From: Eledone cirrhosa
Lineage: Eukaryota
Length of the DNA stretch: 64,000 bases
Reading direction: 5' to 3'
Assembly (NCBI GenBank): GCA_964016885.1
Contig: OZ024743.1
Span: 170,686,001-170,750,000, forward strand
Every line of letters starts with the position of its first letter. Within the stretch, counting starts at the first letter, position 1. Positions 52,780 to 64,000 of this stretch are shown one piece after another. Both the position numbers and the translations under genes were made by a program. Under the pieces are notes generated by a model. It was not told the DNA's origin, did not search any database, and worked only from the letters and a program-made list of their open reading frames with translations.

Positions 52780-54105
52780 CAGCAGTGAAGGTGGGAGTTC
52801 AGAAAGGGCAGTTGCCAGAGTAAGGGTAGGATGGAAAAAGTTCAGGGAGCTGCTGCCTCTGCTAGCTACAAAAGTTTACCCAAGATAAAAAGCAAGATGT
52901 ATGATTTCTGTGTGCAAACAGCCATGCTACATGGAAGCAAAACCTCGGCACTGTGCATCAAGGATCTACATTGATAGGAAAAAATGAAGTTTGTATGCTC
53001 TGATGGATGTGTAACAGTAGTGTGCATGAATGACAAAATGTAAATGAATTGAGATCAAAACTTGGCATAAGAGGGATCAAATGCTGCAATGGTATTGGCA
53101 TGTAATGCACATGAAGGATGACAGCTGTATAAAGAGGTGCAAGGTGATCAAAGTTGTAGGGTGCCTTGGATGAGAAAGACCTTGGAGACATGAGATGAAA
53201 AAGGCTGACCTGACACAGCTGAACTTCTTGGTAGAGATGACACAAGACCGAGACCTTTGGCGCTTCAATGTAGGACAGAAGAACCGAGTCGACAACCCAG
53301 CCTAGCCAACATTATAAACATGGTTTGTGCTTTGGAAGGGTATCCAGCAGTCATGAAATACCAGCCAAAACACAATCTTGCTATGAGCAAGGTAAGGTAC
53401 AGCCAACAGACCTACCTCATAACATGCCCACTCGGCTCCAAAAATATAGTTCCTCTATGATCAGAGTATGATGCAGTCAACTGGCCAGACCCTCCTCATA
53501 ACAAAACCACTCAGTACCATGGTTCCGCTATGAGCAGAGTATAGGGTGGCCAACTGGCCAGACCCTCCTCATAAGTAGGACCACTCATTCCCATACTGTA
53601 AATGTGATTGGTGTGAGGAAGGGCATCCCGCAGCTGTAAAAACCTAGCCAAAAGATGGTCCCTTATGAACAAGGTCCAGACCAGCCAACTGTCAAGACCC
53701 TCCAGATAACAGGAACATACGATTCTATGCTGTAAATGAGGTTCGTGTTAGGCAAGGCATACAGAAGCCATGAAAATCCCAGCCAAAATACAGGTCACTA
53801 TAAGCAAGGTTCGACGTAGCCAACTGGGTCCACCTAATTCCCAAATATAGATCTGTTTATGAGCAAGTTACGACTCAGCCAACTGGCTAGACCTCTCTCA
53901 TAATGAGACCACCCAGTTTCACACTGTCAACGTGGTTTGTGTTAGGAAGGGCATCCAGCTGTAAAAAAAATGGCCAAAATGCAGTTCCATTTGAGCAAGG
54001 TATGGTACAGCCAACTGGCCAGACTTGCCACATAATGTGGACAACCCATCTGACCCATGCAAGCATGGAAAATAAGACGTTAAATAGTGATGATAATGAT
54101 GATAA
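52780..54105 (+). mobile_element. RTE 3' fragment with tandemly repeated 3' UTR
   Basis: GWKKFRELLPLL motif; four ggaagggcatcc-type modules and repeated gccaactggccagaccctcctcata; (GAT)-like tail. Confidence 0.8.
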
Positions 54106-54364
54106 TGAACTACAAATATATTAATTAAGTACCAACATCAGTTCTTTTATATGCAAATTAGTCTGTCCATTTCAAAATAATACTAAGAGCGACTGAGTAT
54201 GTATACCCATCAAATACATGTTTCCTTGTGGTTGATTGGATGATACACACATCTTCTGATGTGTGTTCAATAAGATCAAAAAATTGATTAAAGATGTTTA
54301 TAATTTTTTCCAATTTACAGGTAAATTTGTATTTTCTGGCATGTTTACATGACTAAATATTAGA

Positions 54365-54728
54365 TATATACCTCTCAAAGACAATGACACACGACCGTGA
54401 CTTCTGGCGTCACGCAGTAATACAGAGTACCCGACCTCCCATGGGTACAAGCTGAAGCATATAGACAATATGCCCCCACACGGCAAAAAAGCACCCAGCC
54501 CACACTGTAAAGTGGACGTGTAGGCGCCACGGAAAAGAACCCAGCACTCACTGTAAATGAGGTTGGTGTTAGGAAGGGCATCCAGCTGTAGAAATCAAGC
54601 CAGATCAGTTCCTGTATGAGCAAGGCATGGTCAGCCGACTAGACACTGCCCACAACAGGACAACCCGTCTAACCCATGCTAGCGTGGAAGAACGGACGTA
54701 AAACGGTGATGATGATGATGATGATGAT
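54365..54728 (+). mobile_element. RTE 3' end plus UTR
   Basis: KTMT.DRDFWR..., UTR motif and (GAT)n tail. Confidence 0.85.
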
Positions 54729-54907
54729 ACATGTTGGTGCAGCCTTAGTTACACACTTTGTATTTATACAGATATAACTTTATCATCATCATCATCACCG
54801 TTTTACGTCCATAGTATAATTAAATCCCAACACCATCCAGATATATGGAAATTTACTCATATGTTAGTAATGCCAAAACCAAATAAGGCTACCTACCACC
54901 CTACCAG

Positions 54908-55082
54908 ATCATCATCATCATCATCATTTTACGTCCGCTTTTCCCTGCTTGCAAGGGTGGGACGGGAATTGATTCTGGCTTGATTTCTACAGCTGGATGC
55001 CCTTCCTAACACCAACCTCATTTACAGTGAGTGCTGGGTGCTTTTTTGCTGTGGCACCTCCACGTCCACGTTGCAGTGGAAT
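54908..55082 (-). mobile_element. Short RTE-tail element
   Basis: (ATC)n followed by reverse-complement UTR motif. Confidence 0.8.
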
Positions 55083-55099
55083 GATAGGGACCCTAGTCC

Positions 55100-55250
55100 T
55101 ATCATCTCATTTCTACAGCTGAGTAAACTGGAGCAATGTGAAATAAAGTGTCTTGCTCAAGGAAACAACACATCACCCGGTTTGAGAATTGAACTCACAA
55201 CCTTTCGATTGCAAGGCCAATGCTCTAACCACTAAGCCATGTGCCTCCAC
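55100..55250 (-). mobile_element. tRNA-type SINE head (second family)
   Basis: Minus strand tggcttagtggttagagca (A box) and gagttcaattc (B box), then cttgagcaagacactttatttcacattgctccag. Confidence 0.8.
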
Positions 55251-55399
55251 ACCGTCAAATAGCTTTACTAAGTAATCTTTCTAAAATGCTAGAAAAAAAT
55301 CATAGGAGAGACAATGGACATTCCCCCAAATCCCAGTTTGGATTTTGTGTGAATAGAAAACTGAGAACTGTGTACATGAAATAACCACATTCATCAGAA

Positions 55400-56200
55400 A
55401 CTCAAATCTCTTGAAAAAATCAACAAGCTTGATCTCACTAGACATAAAAGGAGCTTATTACAATGTAGTCCATGATGCTCTAGTAAAAAAAAATACACAA
55501 ATTTGAAATCTCCAAATATCTTTGTAACTGGGTGGAAAGCTTTCTCACTCATCATAGTACAAGTCTGATTCTTGGAAACAAGAAAAGCAAAAATATTTAC
55601 CTTTTAAAGGGTCTCCCACAGGGTTCACCAGTCTCACCCATTCTCTTTCAGCAGACTTATTTACATCTCTAAATAAACTTGTAGAAGTATCAGGTTTTGC
55701 AGATGATATCAACTTATATACTTCATCTAGTTTCATCAACAACAAAACTAAATTATGCACAGCACTATCAACTGCAACTGAATAGGCAAAAGAAAATGGC
55801 CAACAATTTGATCCCTCTAAAACACAACTGGTTTATTTCTATAATCCCAAATCAATCAATTAACAATGCGATGAATTATACTTGATGAACCAACTACTGA
55901 TACCACAAAAATCCATCAAGAAACTAGGCGTTTGCTTACAATCAGACTTGAAATAGGAAACTTAATGACTTCAACATGACAATGCTCAATTGTTGTATGG
56001 CAGCTGGGTTTGAGGACACACAAGTATTAGCTATCTTCAAGCTATTCATAGATTCCATACCTAAATTGGCAAAACCATACTGGGATGTCTAAGATCTACT
56101 CCTAAGATAGCGATTTTTCATGAAGCAGGGTTAACTCCAACTTGCTTATTAATTAGAAGAGTCAAGGAAATGTAAATTGCTAACTATTAAGTTTAAATGT
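55400..56200 (+). mobile_element. Highly decayed non-RTE LINE RT fragment (clade uncertain)
   Basis: GLPQGSPVSPILF at ~55609-55648 and GFADDINL at ~55693-55716. Confidence 0.6.
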
Positions 56201-56604
56201 AAAAGAAAACAGCATGATGCTTGGCTTCCTCCATAGGTAGACAATTAAAGTTGTTTAAAATAATGATTAAAATCTTTTGCAGGTAAACTACCAAGACTGG
56301 AAGTTCAATGTATGGTTACAGGTCTACCAAATATAAACAAAATCTTTGAGTACATGGAAGCTAGGAAAAGATTCAACAAAAGAAACTTCTGTTTTACAGC
56401 TTCTTTTGTTTCCTCTTTTCATTTTCTTTTTTGTTTTCTGAGGCATAATCTGCCTCCCATTTTTTTTTTTTTTTCTGTTTAAAATTTTTTTTTATTACTT
56501 GTCTCACTAGCTCTTTTTGATTATCAACTGTAAGGAGTACTCAATACTTCCCCTAGTCTGTCATAGCTTATTAGCGCTATACAGATGTTCAAATTGATTA
56601 AATA

Positions 56605-57456
56605 AATAAAAGTGCTAGTAAGTAAGAAAGAAGATAGGACCCTGATTCCTTCAGGGTAGTGACCTGTCCAATATGTGGAAAAGAAGTAGGCATAAACTTT
56701 ATACAATGTACACAATGTAAATCCTGGGTACACAAGAGATGTAGTGGGATAACAGGTAGACTAACAGGAAGGGATAACTTTTTTATATAGAAGATGTACA
56801 AGGGTAATCAAGGGGAACAGCATCAGTGATATAAACCATTTTCAATCACAGGAAGGATACATAGAAGTGGTTGATAGCTTCTACTATCTAGGTGACTTAA
56901 TCAACAGCGGAGGAAGGTGCTCTGAGAGCATAATAGCTCGAATAAAGATAAGATGGAAGAAGTTTAGAGAGCTACTACCCCTGTTGACCACAAAAGGTTT
57001 ATCTCTGTGTACAAAAAATCAACTGTAAGACATCTGTATATGAAGAGTAATGCTGCATGGTAATGAAACATGGGCAGTGACTGCAGAAGACATGCATAGA
57101 CTGGAGAGAAATGAAGCAATCATATTTTGTTGGATGTGCAATGTGTGAGAGAAAGGGAGAGCTTGAATGAACTGAGGGACAAACTGGGTTTAAGAGAGAA
57201 GACTGTTGGCTCAGACATGTGATGCACATTGATGATGATCACTGGGTGAAGAAGTGCCAGTAAATCCCAGTGGAAGGATACTGCAGTAGAGGTAGACCAA
57301 GAAAGACCTGGGCAGACATGGTGAGACCTGAAATCGCTGAGACTTGCAGAGGAGATGATGAAGGAATGCAGCAAATGAAGAGATGCTATGCTGAAAAGTA
57401 CCTGCCCAACCCATGCAATCGTGGAAAAATGGATGTAAAAAAAGATGATGATGATG
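56605..57456 (+). mobile_element. RTE LINE 3' fragment
   Basis: Finger region, KKFRELLPLL, RGRPRKTW and (GAT)n tail. Confidence 0.88.
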
Positions 57457-57547
57457 CTTTCTTTCCAAAAAATTTGTTTTCCATTTCTTTCACTTCTTAC
57501 TGTCATCTATCTTCTTATTTCTTCATTTATCTTACATTCTACTTTCT

Positions 57548-57585
<38 letters not shown>

Positions 57586-57623
57586 ATATTAATAACTGGA
57601 AACTATATTTATAAAACCATAAT

Positions 57624-57689
57624 TATTTTATTATATATATTTCAAGGGCGACCAAGGTAAATTATGGTGTGCTTTCATCAGATAAAATA
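57624..57689 (-). ncRNA. Minimal type I hammerhead
   Basis: UAUUUUAU-CUGAUGA-AAG...CUU-GAA-AUAUAUAU-A^-AUAAAAUA. Confidence 0.78.
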
Positions 57690-58700
57690 CAGATTTGTTT
57701 TATAAATAAATATTGACATACCCGGAAAAAAGACAACCTCAATGGTTGAAATTCGCTGGATAGTGGGGATACTTGAGGGTGATACAAATTTGTGAGTGAG
57801 TATGCAAATGAGTGTCGGAAAAATTGAAAAAAACAACAGTTTATTTAAATTAAACTGTTGGAAGAAAATAGATGTAATGGGGAGAGAGACAAGATAGATG
57901 TAAAAAGGAGAGAGACAAAAAATTGAGAGGGAGAGAGATAAAGAGAATAGATAAAGAGAATAGAGAGAGAAAAAGAGAGATAGAAGAAAAAGAGAAAAGA
58001 TATAATATTGAGAGAGAGTGAAGGAAAGAACAAATAATTTCTAATTAAATTCTAATTAAATTTTAATTAAATTTCTGGTTAAATTTTTAACTAAATTATA
58101 ACAATATTCTTTTGTAAAGTTTTCTTATCAATAATTTAACTTAATTTTTTAACTTTACCTTTATAAGTAATATAAACACAACATAACGAATAATATGTTT
58201 ACATTCTGAATACTCATCTATATAAATTCATTTCTTCTCCTCGCCCATCTTTCTCTTTCTCTTTCTTCTCCCTTCCTCTCACTAATCTTTCTCCCTCTTT
58301 TTCCAATATTTTTTCAACATTCTTTTCTCTCTCCCTCTCAATACTTTTTTCTTTCTCTCTCCTTCTCAATTATTTGTTCTTTCCTTCACTCTCAATATTA
58401 TATCTTTTCTCTTTTTCTTCTATCTCTCTTTTTCTCTCTCTATTCTCTTTATCTCTCTCCCTCTCAATTTTTTGTCTCTCTCCTTTTTACATCTATCTTG
58501 TCTCTCTCCCTATTACATCTATTTTCTTCCAACAGTTTAATTTAAATAAACCGTTGTTTTTTTCAATTTTTCCGACACTCATTTGCATACTCACTCACAA
58601 ATTTGTATCACCCTCAAGTATCCCCACTATCCAGCAAATTTCAACCGTTGAGGTTGTCTTTTTTCCGGGTATGTGAATATTTATTTATAAAACAAATCTG

Positions 58701-58766
58701 TATTTTATCTGATGAAAGCGCACCATAATTTACCTTGGTCACCCTTGAAATATATATAATAAAATA
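58701..58766 (+). ncRNA. Minimal type I hammerhead
   Basis: CTGATGA at 58709-58715, GAAA at 58747-58750, 8-bp stem I tattttat/ataaaata. Confidence 0.78.
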
Positions 58767-58898
58767 ATTATGGTTTTATAAATATAGTTTCCATTTATTA
58801 ATATATTGTATATTTACTCCACTAACTTGTTGAGTGCTTTATATCAGTTATAAAAAATTTTTAAGCTTGTTGAATCCCAACAAATTAAATATAACCTC

Positions 58899-58950
<52 letters not shown>

Positions 58951-58954
58951 TTAT

Positions 58955-58992
<38 letters not shown>

Positions 58993-59139
58993 ATAATAAT
59001 AAATTTGAAGACTAAAATCCAAAGAGGGCTCAATAAGGATAAATATATATCAGATATATAAGAACCATAGAGCAAATATTTATTAAAACAACAGATTAAA
59101 GTTTAAGCAAAAGATCGCTGCTTTCACCCTTCTGAAACT

Positions 59140-59188
59140 GTTTCAGAAGATCCCGTTAAGGGTGAAAGCAGCGATTCTTTGCTTAAAC
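59140..59188 (+). ncRNA. Hammerhead-like fold with variant core CAGAAGA, inside palindrome 59076-59212
   Basis: GUUU-CAGAAGA-U.CCC(GUUAA)GGG.U-GAA-AGCA...UGCU-U^-AAAC. Confidence 0.5.
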
Positions 59189-59204
59189 TTTAATCTATTA
59201 TTTA

Positions 59205-59248
<44 letters not shown>

Positions 59249-59294
59249 CGTAAAATAAGAAAATTATAAAATTAACTTACTTACTAAAATATCA

Positions 59295-59374
59295 CTTCCA
59301 ACTAATTAGTTTCTGGAATGGAATAAATATATTTTCCGAAGAAAATACAGAGAATCATTCCGTCGTCAGGGAAG
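59295..59374 (-). ncRNA. Type I hammerhead with palindromic stem III
   Basis: CUUCC-CUGACGA-C.GGAAUG...CAUUCC.A-GAA-ACUAAUUAGU-U^-GGAAG. Confidence 0.8.
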
Positions 59375-59603
59375 ACTATTCTCATCTAAGTATCCAGGCA
59401 AAGCGTGGACTCTGGAAACTTATTAAAAAATAATTCAGTGGATAGAAAATAGCAAAGCGTGGACTGAATTCCTAGCCATTGAGAAAATCACTGCCTCTGC
59501 GTCGGTGGCAAATTCAAAAAGAATCAATCACGTGACATCGAGGTCAATCAGTGGAAAGTGGTTTGCTAATAAGACAGCGGCCTGCCTGCTACCATGGCAG
59601 CAG

Positions 59604-59638
<35 letters not shown>

Positions 59639-59809
59639 TATACACATATATATAAATAATGCAAGAAGCAAAGAAAATATCAGTGATATGAAAAGATTTT
59701 CTGGTGGAAGTTCAGGTAAACTCCAGGTGTATATCCAGTTTCAGAGTGAAAATCCAATGGATTTGAGAGGTCCATATAAGCATTGATATATATATATGTA
59801 AAAGGTAAA

Positions 59810-62000
59810 CAGACCCCACTCCTGACTACCAACAACTCATATCCTCCACCATCCACCAGCTCATCTCCCCCTCTCTCCTACCCCCCCCCCCCCCAGCCAC
59901 CAACCTTATAGTATGCACCCCTCGTACACCTACCATCTACTTCCTCCCCAAAATACACAAATAAAATAATCCTGGCCGTCTTGTCGTTTCCATGTGCAAC
60001 TGCCCCACCAAGATCATCTCTGAATATTTAGATACCATCCTTGCCCCGTTAGTCGTCAACATCCCCTCTCACATTCACGATATTAATCATGCCCTTAGAC
60101 TCTTTGACTCCTTCTTCCCTCCTGGTCCCTCTCACCTTCTCTTCACCTTGGATATCACTTCTCTCTATACCGTCATCCCTCATGATGAGTCTCCTCGCTT
60201 TCCAACACTTTTTAGACTTACGCCCTACCCCTTGCCCCAGCACTACCACTCTTCTCCATCTGGCTGAGCTTGTTTTGTCCCTCAATGGGTTTTCCTTTTC
60301 TGGTGAATTTTACCAGCAGGTCTCTGGTGAAGCGATGGGAACCAGAATGGGACCAAACTACGCCAACTTATTTGTTGGCTACGTCGAAACCCAGATCTTC
60401 TCCCAGTACGCCGGACCAACTCCAGAGCTATACTGTCGTTATATCGATGACTGTATCAGTGCTACCTCTCTACCACGTGAACAGCTCGACTGCTTTCTAT
60501 CTTTTGTCCAAACTTTTCATCCTGCTATCACCTTCATCACCTCCGTCTCCAATTCTTCTGTCCCTTTTCGCGATATCTCTCTATCAATCACTCTCACCAC
60601 ACCCTCTCTACTTTTATCTTCTATAAACCGACAGACTCCCACTCTTACCTTGACTTCACCTACTCCCATCCAACCCACATCAAACACTCCATACCCTATT
60701 CCCAATTCCTTTGTCTTTGTCGACTCTGTAGCCAGGACCACGATTTCGAAACCCATTCCCTTCATGGCTTCTCGCGTCATCCAGTGTGGATATCTCGCCA
60801 CCCTGATCCAAGCTGCTCTCACCCACACCCGTGAAACCGACCTCCTGATATGTAGTTCCTTCTAGTCCTCTCCTATGAATCCACCCAGCTCTCATCCTTG
60901 TTCTCGTCCCTGCTGTAACATTTGTCCTTTCATTTCCACCCTCACCACTCTCTCAGGCCCCAACAGGTCATTCCATATCTGTCACTCCTTCACCTGCACC
61001 TTCACCCATGTTATGCCCTCCGGTGTTCCCTTTAGGGTCCTTATACATCGGACAAACAGGACGCCATTGGGCAGACCATTTTGCTGAACATTTGAGGGAC
61101 ATACAACTTGGTTTGGATACTCCTGTCACCCATCATTTCTGTTCTCCTGGTCACTCTTCCCTACATGTCTAAGTCCTGGGTGTCCTTTTACATCACGGAT
61201 CACAGGCCTCACGCACCAGGACTGAACAGTCTGATTTACCGCCTTAGGTCTTCTTTCCCTCTTGGACTTAACTCCCCTCCCCAATTTCTTTAATACCCCA
61301 TCTGTTATCACACACATGCTTGTATATTCACCCTTAGATTCCTATGGTCAAAAACATATACTTTTACAGCTAATACAGACCAACAAAATATACACACTCC
61401 CCTTTTCCCTTCACAGCTCTGTCTACACACACATTTATATTAACATACTTTGCTCATAGCTTTGTACTTACAAGCACACACACTCTTTTATTTACATATA
61501 CACACCCATATCCTCTTAGCTTCGTACGGACATATAATAACACACACACACACATGTGCACAAGTATAACTCTTTATACAAAACGTTTTTTTTTCCATTT
61601 CAGGTAGACGTGCTCCATCATCCACTTTTCTAAAAAAATATATCATACACAAAACGCCAGCATCAACAGTTTCCCAAGAGATGTCAACATGAATGGACCT
61701 GTTATTTTTCTCTAAAAACATTTTTTTCAATTCCACCCCACCTGTCCCTTCAATCAATCAATTTCTCATTCTTTCTTCTGATGAAGGACTAGCGACTGAA
61801 ACGTTAAGATGCTCTTCCTACTATTTCAAGCTTTAATCTAATATATTCCTTCCATATACTGTACCAATTGTGTTATTTCTGTTTACCTTTTACATATATA
61901 TATGGCTTCCCGCTTCATCCAGCGTGGATGCTCCCCACCCTGATCCAAGCTGCCCTCACCCGCGCCGTGAAACCAACCATACCACAGCCCTCTCACCTCA
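59810..62000 (+). mobile_element. Penelope-like element (RT, GIY-YIG remnant, tail), frameshifted
   Basis: YFLPKIHK...PGR, LDITSLYTVIPH, G.AMGTRMGPNYANLFVG, RYIDD; hammerhead at 61774; 61930-61980 repeats ~60797-60845. Confidence 0.9.
61774..61809 (+). ncRNA. Minimal PLE-type hammerhead
   Basis: UCUU-CUGAUGA-AG...CU-GAA-ACGU-U^-AAGA; weak stem II. Confidence 0.65.
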
Positions 62001-62009
62001 TATATATAT

Positions 62010-63218
62010 ATCATCAACATCATTATTTTACTTCTGCTTTTCCTTGCTTACAAGGGTGGGACGGGTCTTTTTCAGCATAGCATCCTCCATTCGTCATGGT
62101 CCTTCGTCATTTCCTCTGAGAGCTTCAGCGATCTAAGGTCAGCTCTCACCACCTTCGCCCATGATTTTTGTGGTCTTCCTCTACTGCGTCTTCCTTCCAC
62201 TGGGATTTCTTGGCACTCCTGCGGTCATCTTCCATGCGCATCACATGTCCATACCAATGCAAGTCTTCTCTCCCGTACACTACATTTTATCCCTCTTATA
62301 CACAGTTTCTCTCTCAACTCGTCTATGCTTGGTCATTAACGCACAGTGACATTGCACATCCATTGGCGCATGCTTGCTTCATTTCTCTCCAGCTGTCACA
62401 TATCCTCCGCAGTTGCTGCCCATGTCTCACTACTATGCAGCATCGCGCATCTCACATAAGCATCATAAAACCGGCCTTTCGTACGCAGGGAGAAACCCTT
62501 CTTTGTCAACAGAGGAAGCAGCTCCCTAAACTTCTTCCAACCCGTCCTTATTCTAGATACTATGGCCTCAGAACACCCTCCTCCCATGCTAATCTGATCT
62601 CCTAGGTACCGGAAGCTATCCACCACTTCTATAGCGCCCTCTTGCATTTGAAAAATGTGTCTATCAGAGCGACTTCTACTGTCTAATTTCCCTGTACATC
62701 TACTGCATACATATTTCTCCCTACCTGTTAGTTTGCCTACTATCCAACTACACCTCTTGTGTACCCAAGATCTGCATTGGAAACAGCAGTCGGAATCAAG
62801 AGGACTGAGAGAGAACCTAGTGAAGACTAAAGTGTGGATAAGTAGAAAAGAGGACAAAATTCTGATTCCATCAGGAAAATGGCCATGTTCGATATACAGA
62901 AAAGGAGTTGGCATAAATTCTATAGAATGTACACATTCTATAGAATTTATGCCAACTCCTTTTCTGTATATCGAACATGGCCATTTTCCTGATGGAATCA
63001 GAATTTTGTCCTCTTTTCTACTTATCCACACTTTAGTCTTCACTAGGTTCTCTCTCAGTCCTCTTGATTCCGACTGCTGTTTCCATAGCCGGAAATTATT
63101 CTCTAGCTCCTCTACTGATTCTGGTATAAGCACCAGATCGTCAGCATAGAGAAGTTCCCATGGACAGCCAATCTTAAACTCCACTGTTATGGTTTTGGAG
63201 AACTATAATGAATAAGAG
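62010..63218 (-). mobile_element. 5'-truncated RTE LINE carrying an internal fold-back duplication
   Basis: ORF 62396-63184 (LYADDL, finger region, LH.SETW). Confidence 0.92.
62778..63085. repeat. Palindrome: 153-bp arms, 2-nt spacer, no mismatch seen
   Basis: 62778-62930 is the reverse complement of 62933-63085. Confidence 0.93.
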
Positions 63219-63399
63219 TTTATATTTAAGTTAATGAGGTATCGTTTAAGGCAATCTAAGTAGAGGTCACGAATACTCTGTATCGAGGATAGTTCTAACG
63301 TTTGGTGTTGTTTGACTCAACAAGAAGTTTACTTAGTTGTAGTGTTCAGGTAGCTGATTCCAGACAGTTCCTAGGTAAGCGATTCCTGGAGTATCAATA

Positions 63400-64000
63400 A
63401 TAAAGGAGTGAAGAATAACACAGATCGGCTGTGCAGTAGGGTTTATTCCAAGTATTAACAAATGTTTCATTAGTCCGGTGTGTCTAAAAGCTGCCATCCG
63501 CAATATGCCACGTCACTTGATTTTAATTACAGTTGACACCCAACCAAATTCTCAAAATACTGATTCGGTGTAGATGATAATAAGGAAAGTATAGTGAGAA
63601 GGGATTTTTAGGATAAAGGCATGAAAACATAGTAATAATAACATGAAAAAAAGTGGTGTGAAAAGATAAGATAAAAATAAAAATAAGATTGATGTTGATA
63701 CTGGCTATAGAGGGTGATTGGTGCTGTGTGTGATGGAAGGGATTTGAAGGAGTGTGTCTTTAAAGAAGGAATACTTAATTGCTGCGGGAGTGTCAGTTAC
63801 ACTTGCATCCAATTGGCCAGAAGTTTATTATTTTGTTTTCTATTGACAGGTGGTGTAAGTTATGAAGTGGTGTAGAAAGCTTTCGCTCATACATGATTAA
63901 CCGTTAATTGTGGTAAAGAGGTACAAAAGTGGTTCGCTGGCACTAGCATTGTAGACGTTTTAAATCCAGGGGGTTGTGTTGTTTATATGGATAGTGAGGT
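63400..64000 (-). mobile_element. Penelope pLTR homologous to 34400-34860, with decayed hammerhead (63451-63561)
   Basis: Same stems I and III (AGUAUU/AAUACU, GAAACAUUUGUU) but the core reads UUGAGAA. Confidence 0.7.

Larger units (their letters stand above)
57581..58810. mobile_element. Inverted pair of Penelope pLTRs (~450-bp arms, ~330-bp spacer)
   Basis: 57581-58039 is the reverse complement of 58368-58810 at high identity; each arm carries a hammerhead. Confidence 0.9.

Overview
AT-rich, repeat-dense animal genomic DNA. The RTE, SINE, Penelope and microsatellite content suggests an octopod cephalopod, which is an inference. Two convergent host genes can be assembled by hand from splice sites, and most of their exons are missing from the ORF track. 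The first is the last three coding exons of a DLC1/STARD13/cv-c-type START-domain gene (+; 2936-3061, 4010-4183, 6134-6248; ends ...GPETKL*). The second is four exons of a CCDC169-like coiled-coil gene (-; 52550-52596, 51826-51921, 31465-31661, 13286-13388), with two 18-20 kb introns, one of them GC-AG. The rest is mostly transposon debris: about 17 RTE LINE copies with a C4HC3 (PHD-like) finger inside the RT, an Expander-type RTE, RTE-X, Gypsy, several Penelope-like elements, tRNA-type SINEs and non-autonomous Helitrons. The most striking unannotated signal is about 16 hammerhead-ribozyme motifs from several distinct sequence families. They include a complete type I hammerhead inside a non-coding 515-bp terminally redundant, retrozyme-like element (10414-11136), and several intact motifs in sense orientation within the CCDC169-like introns.
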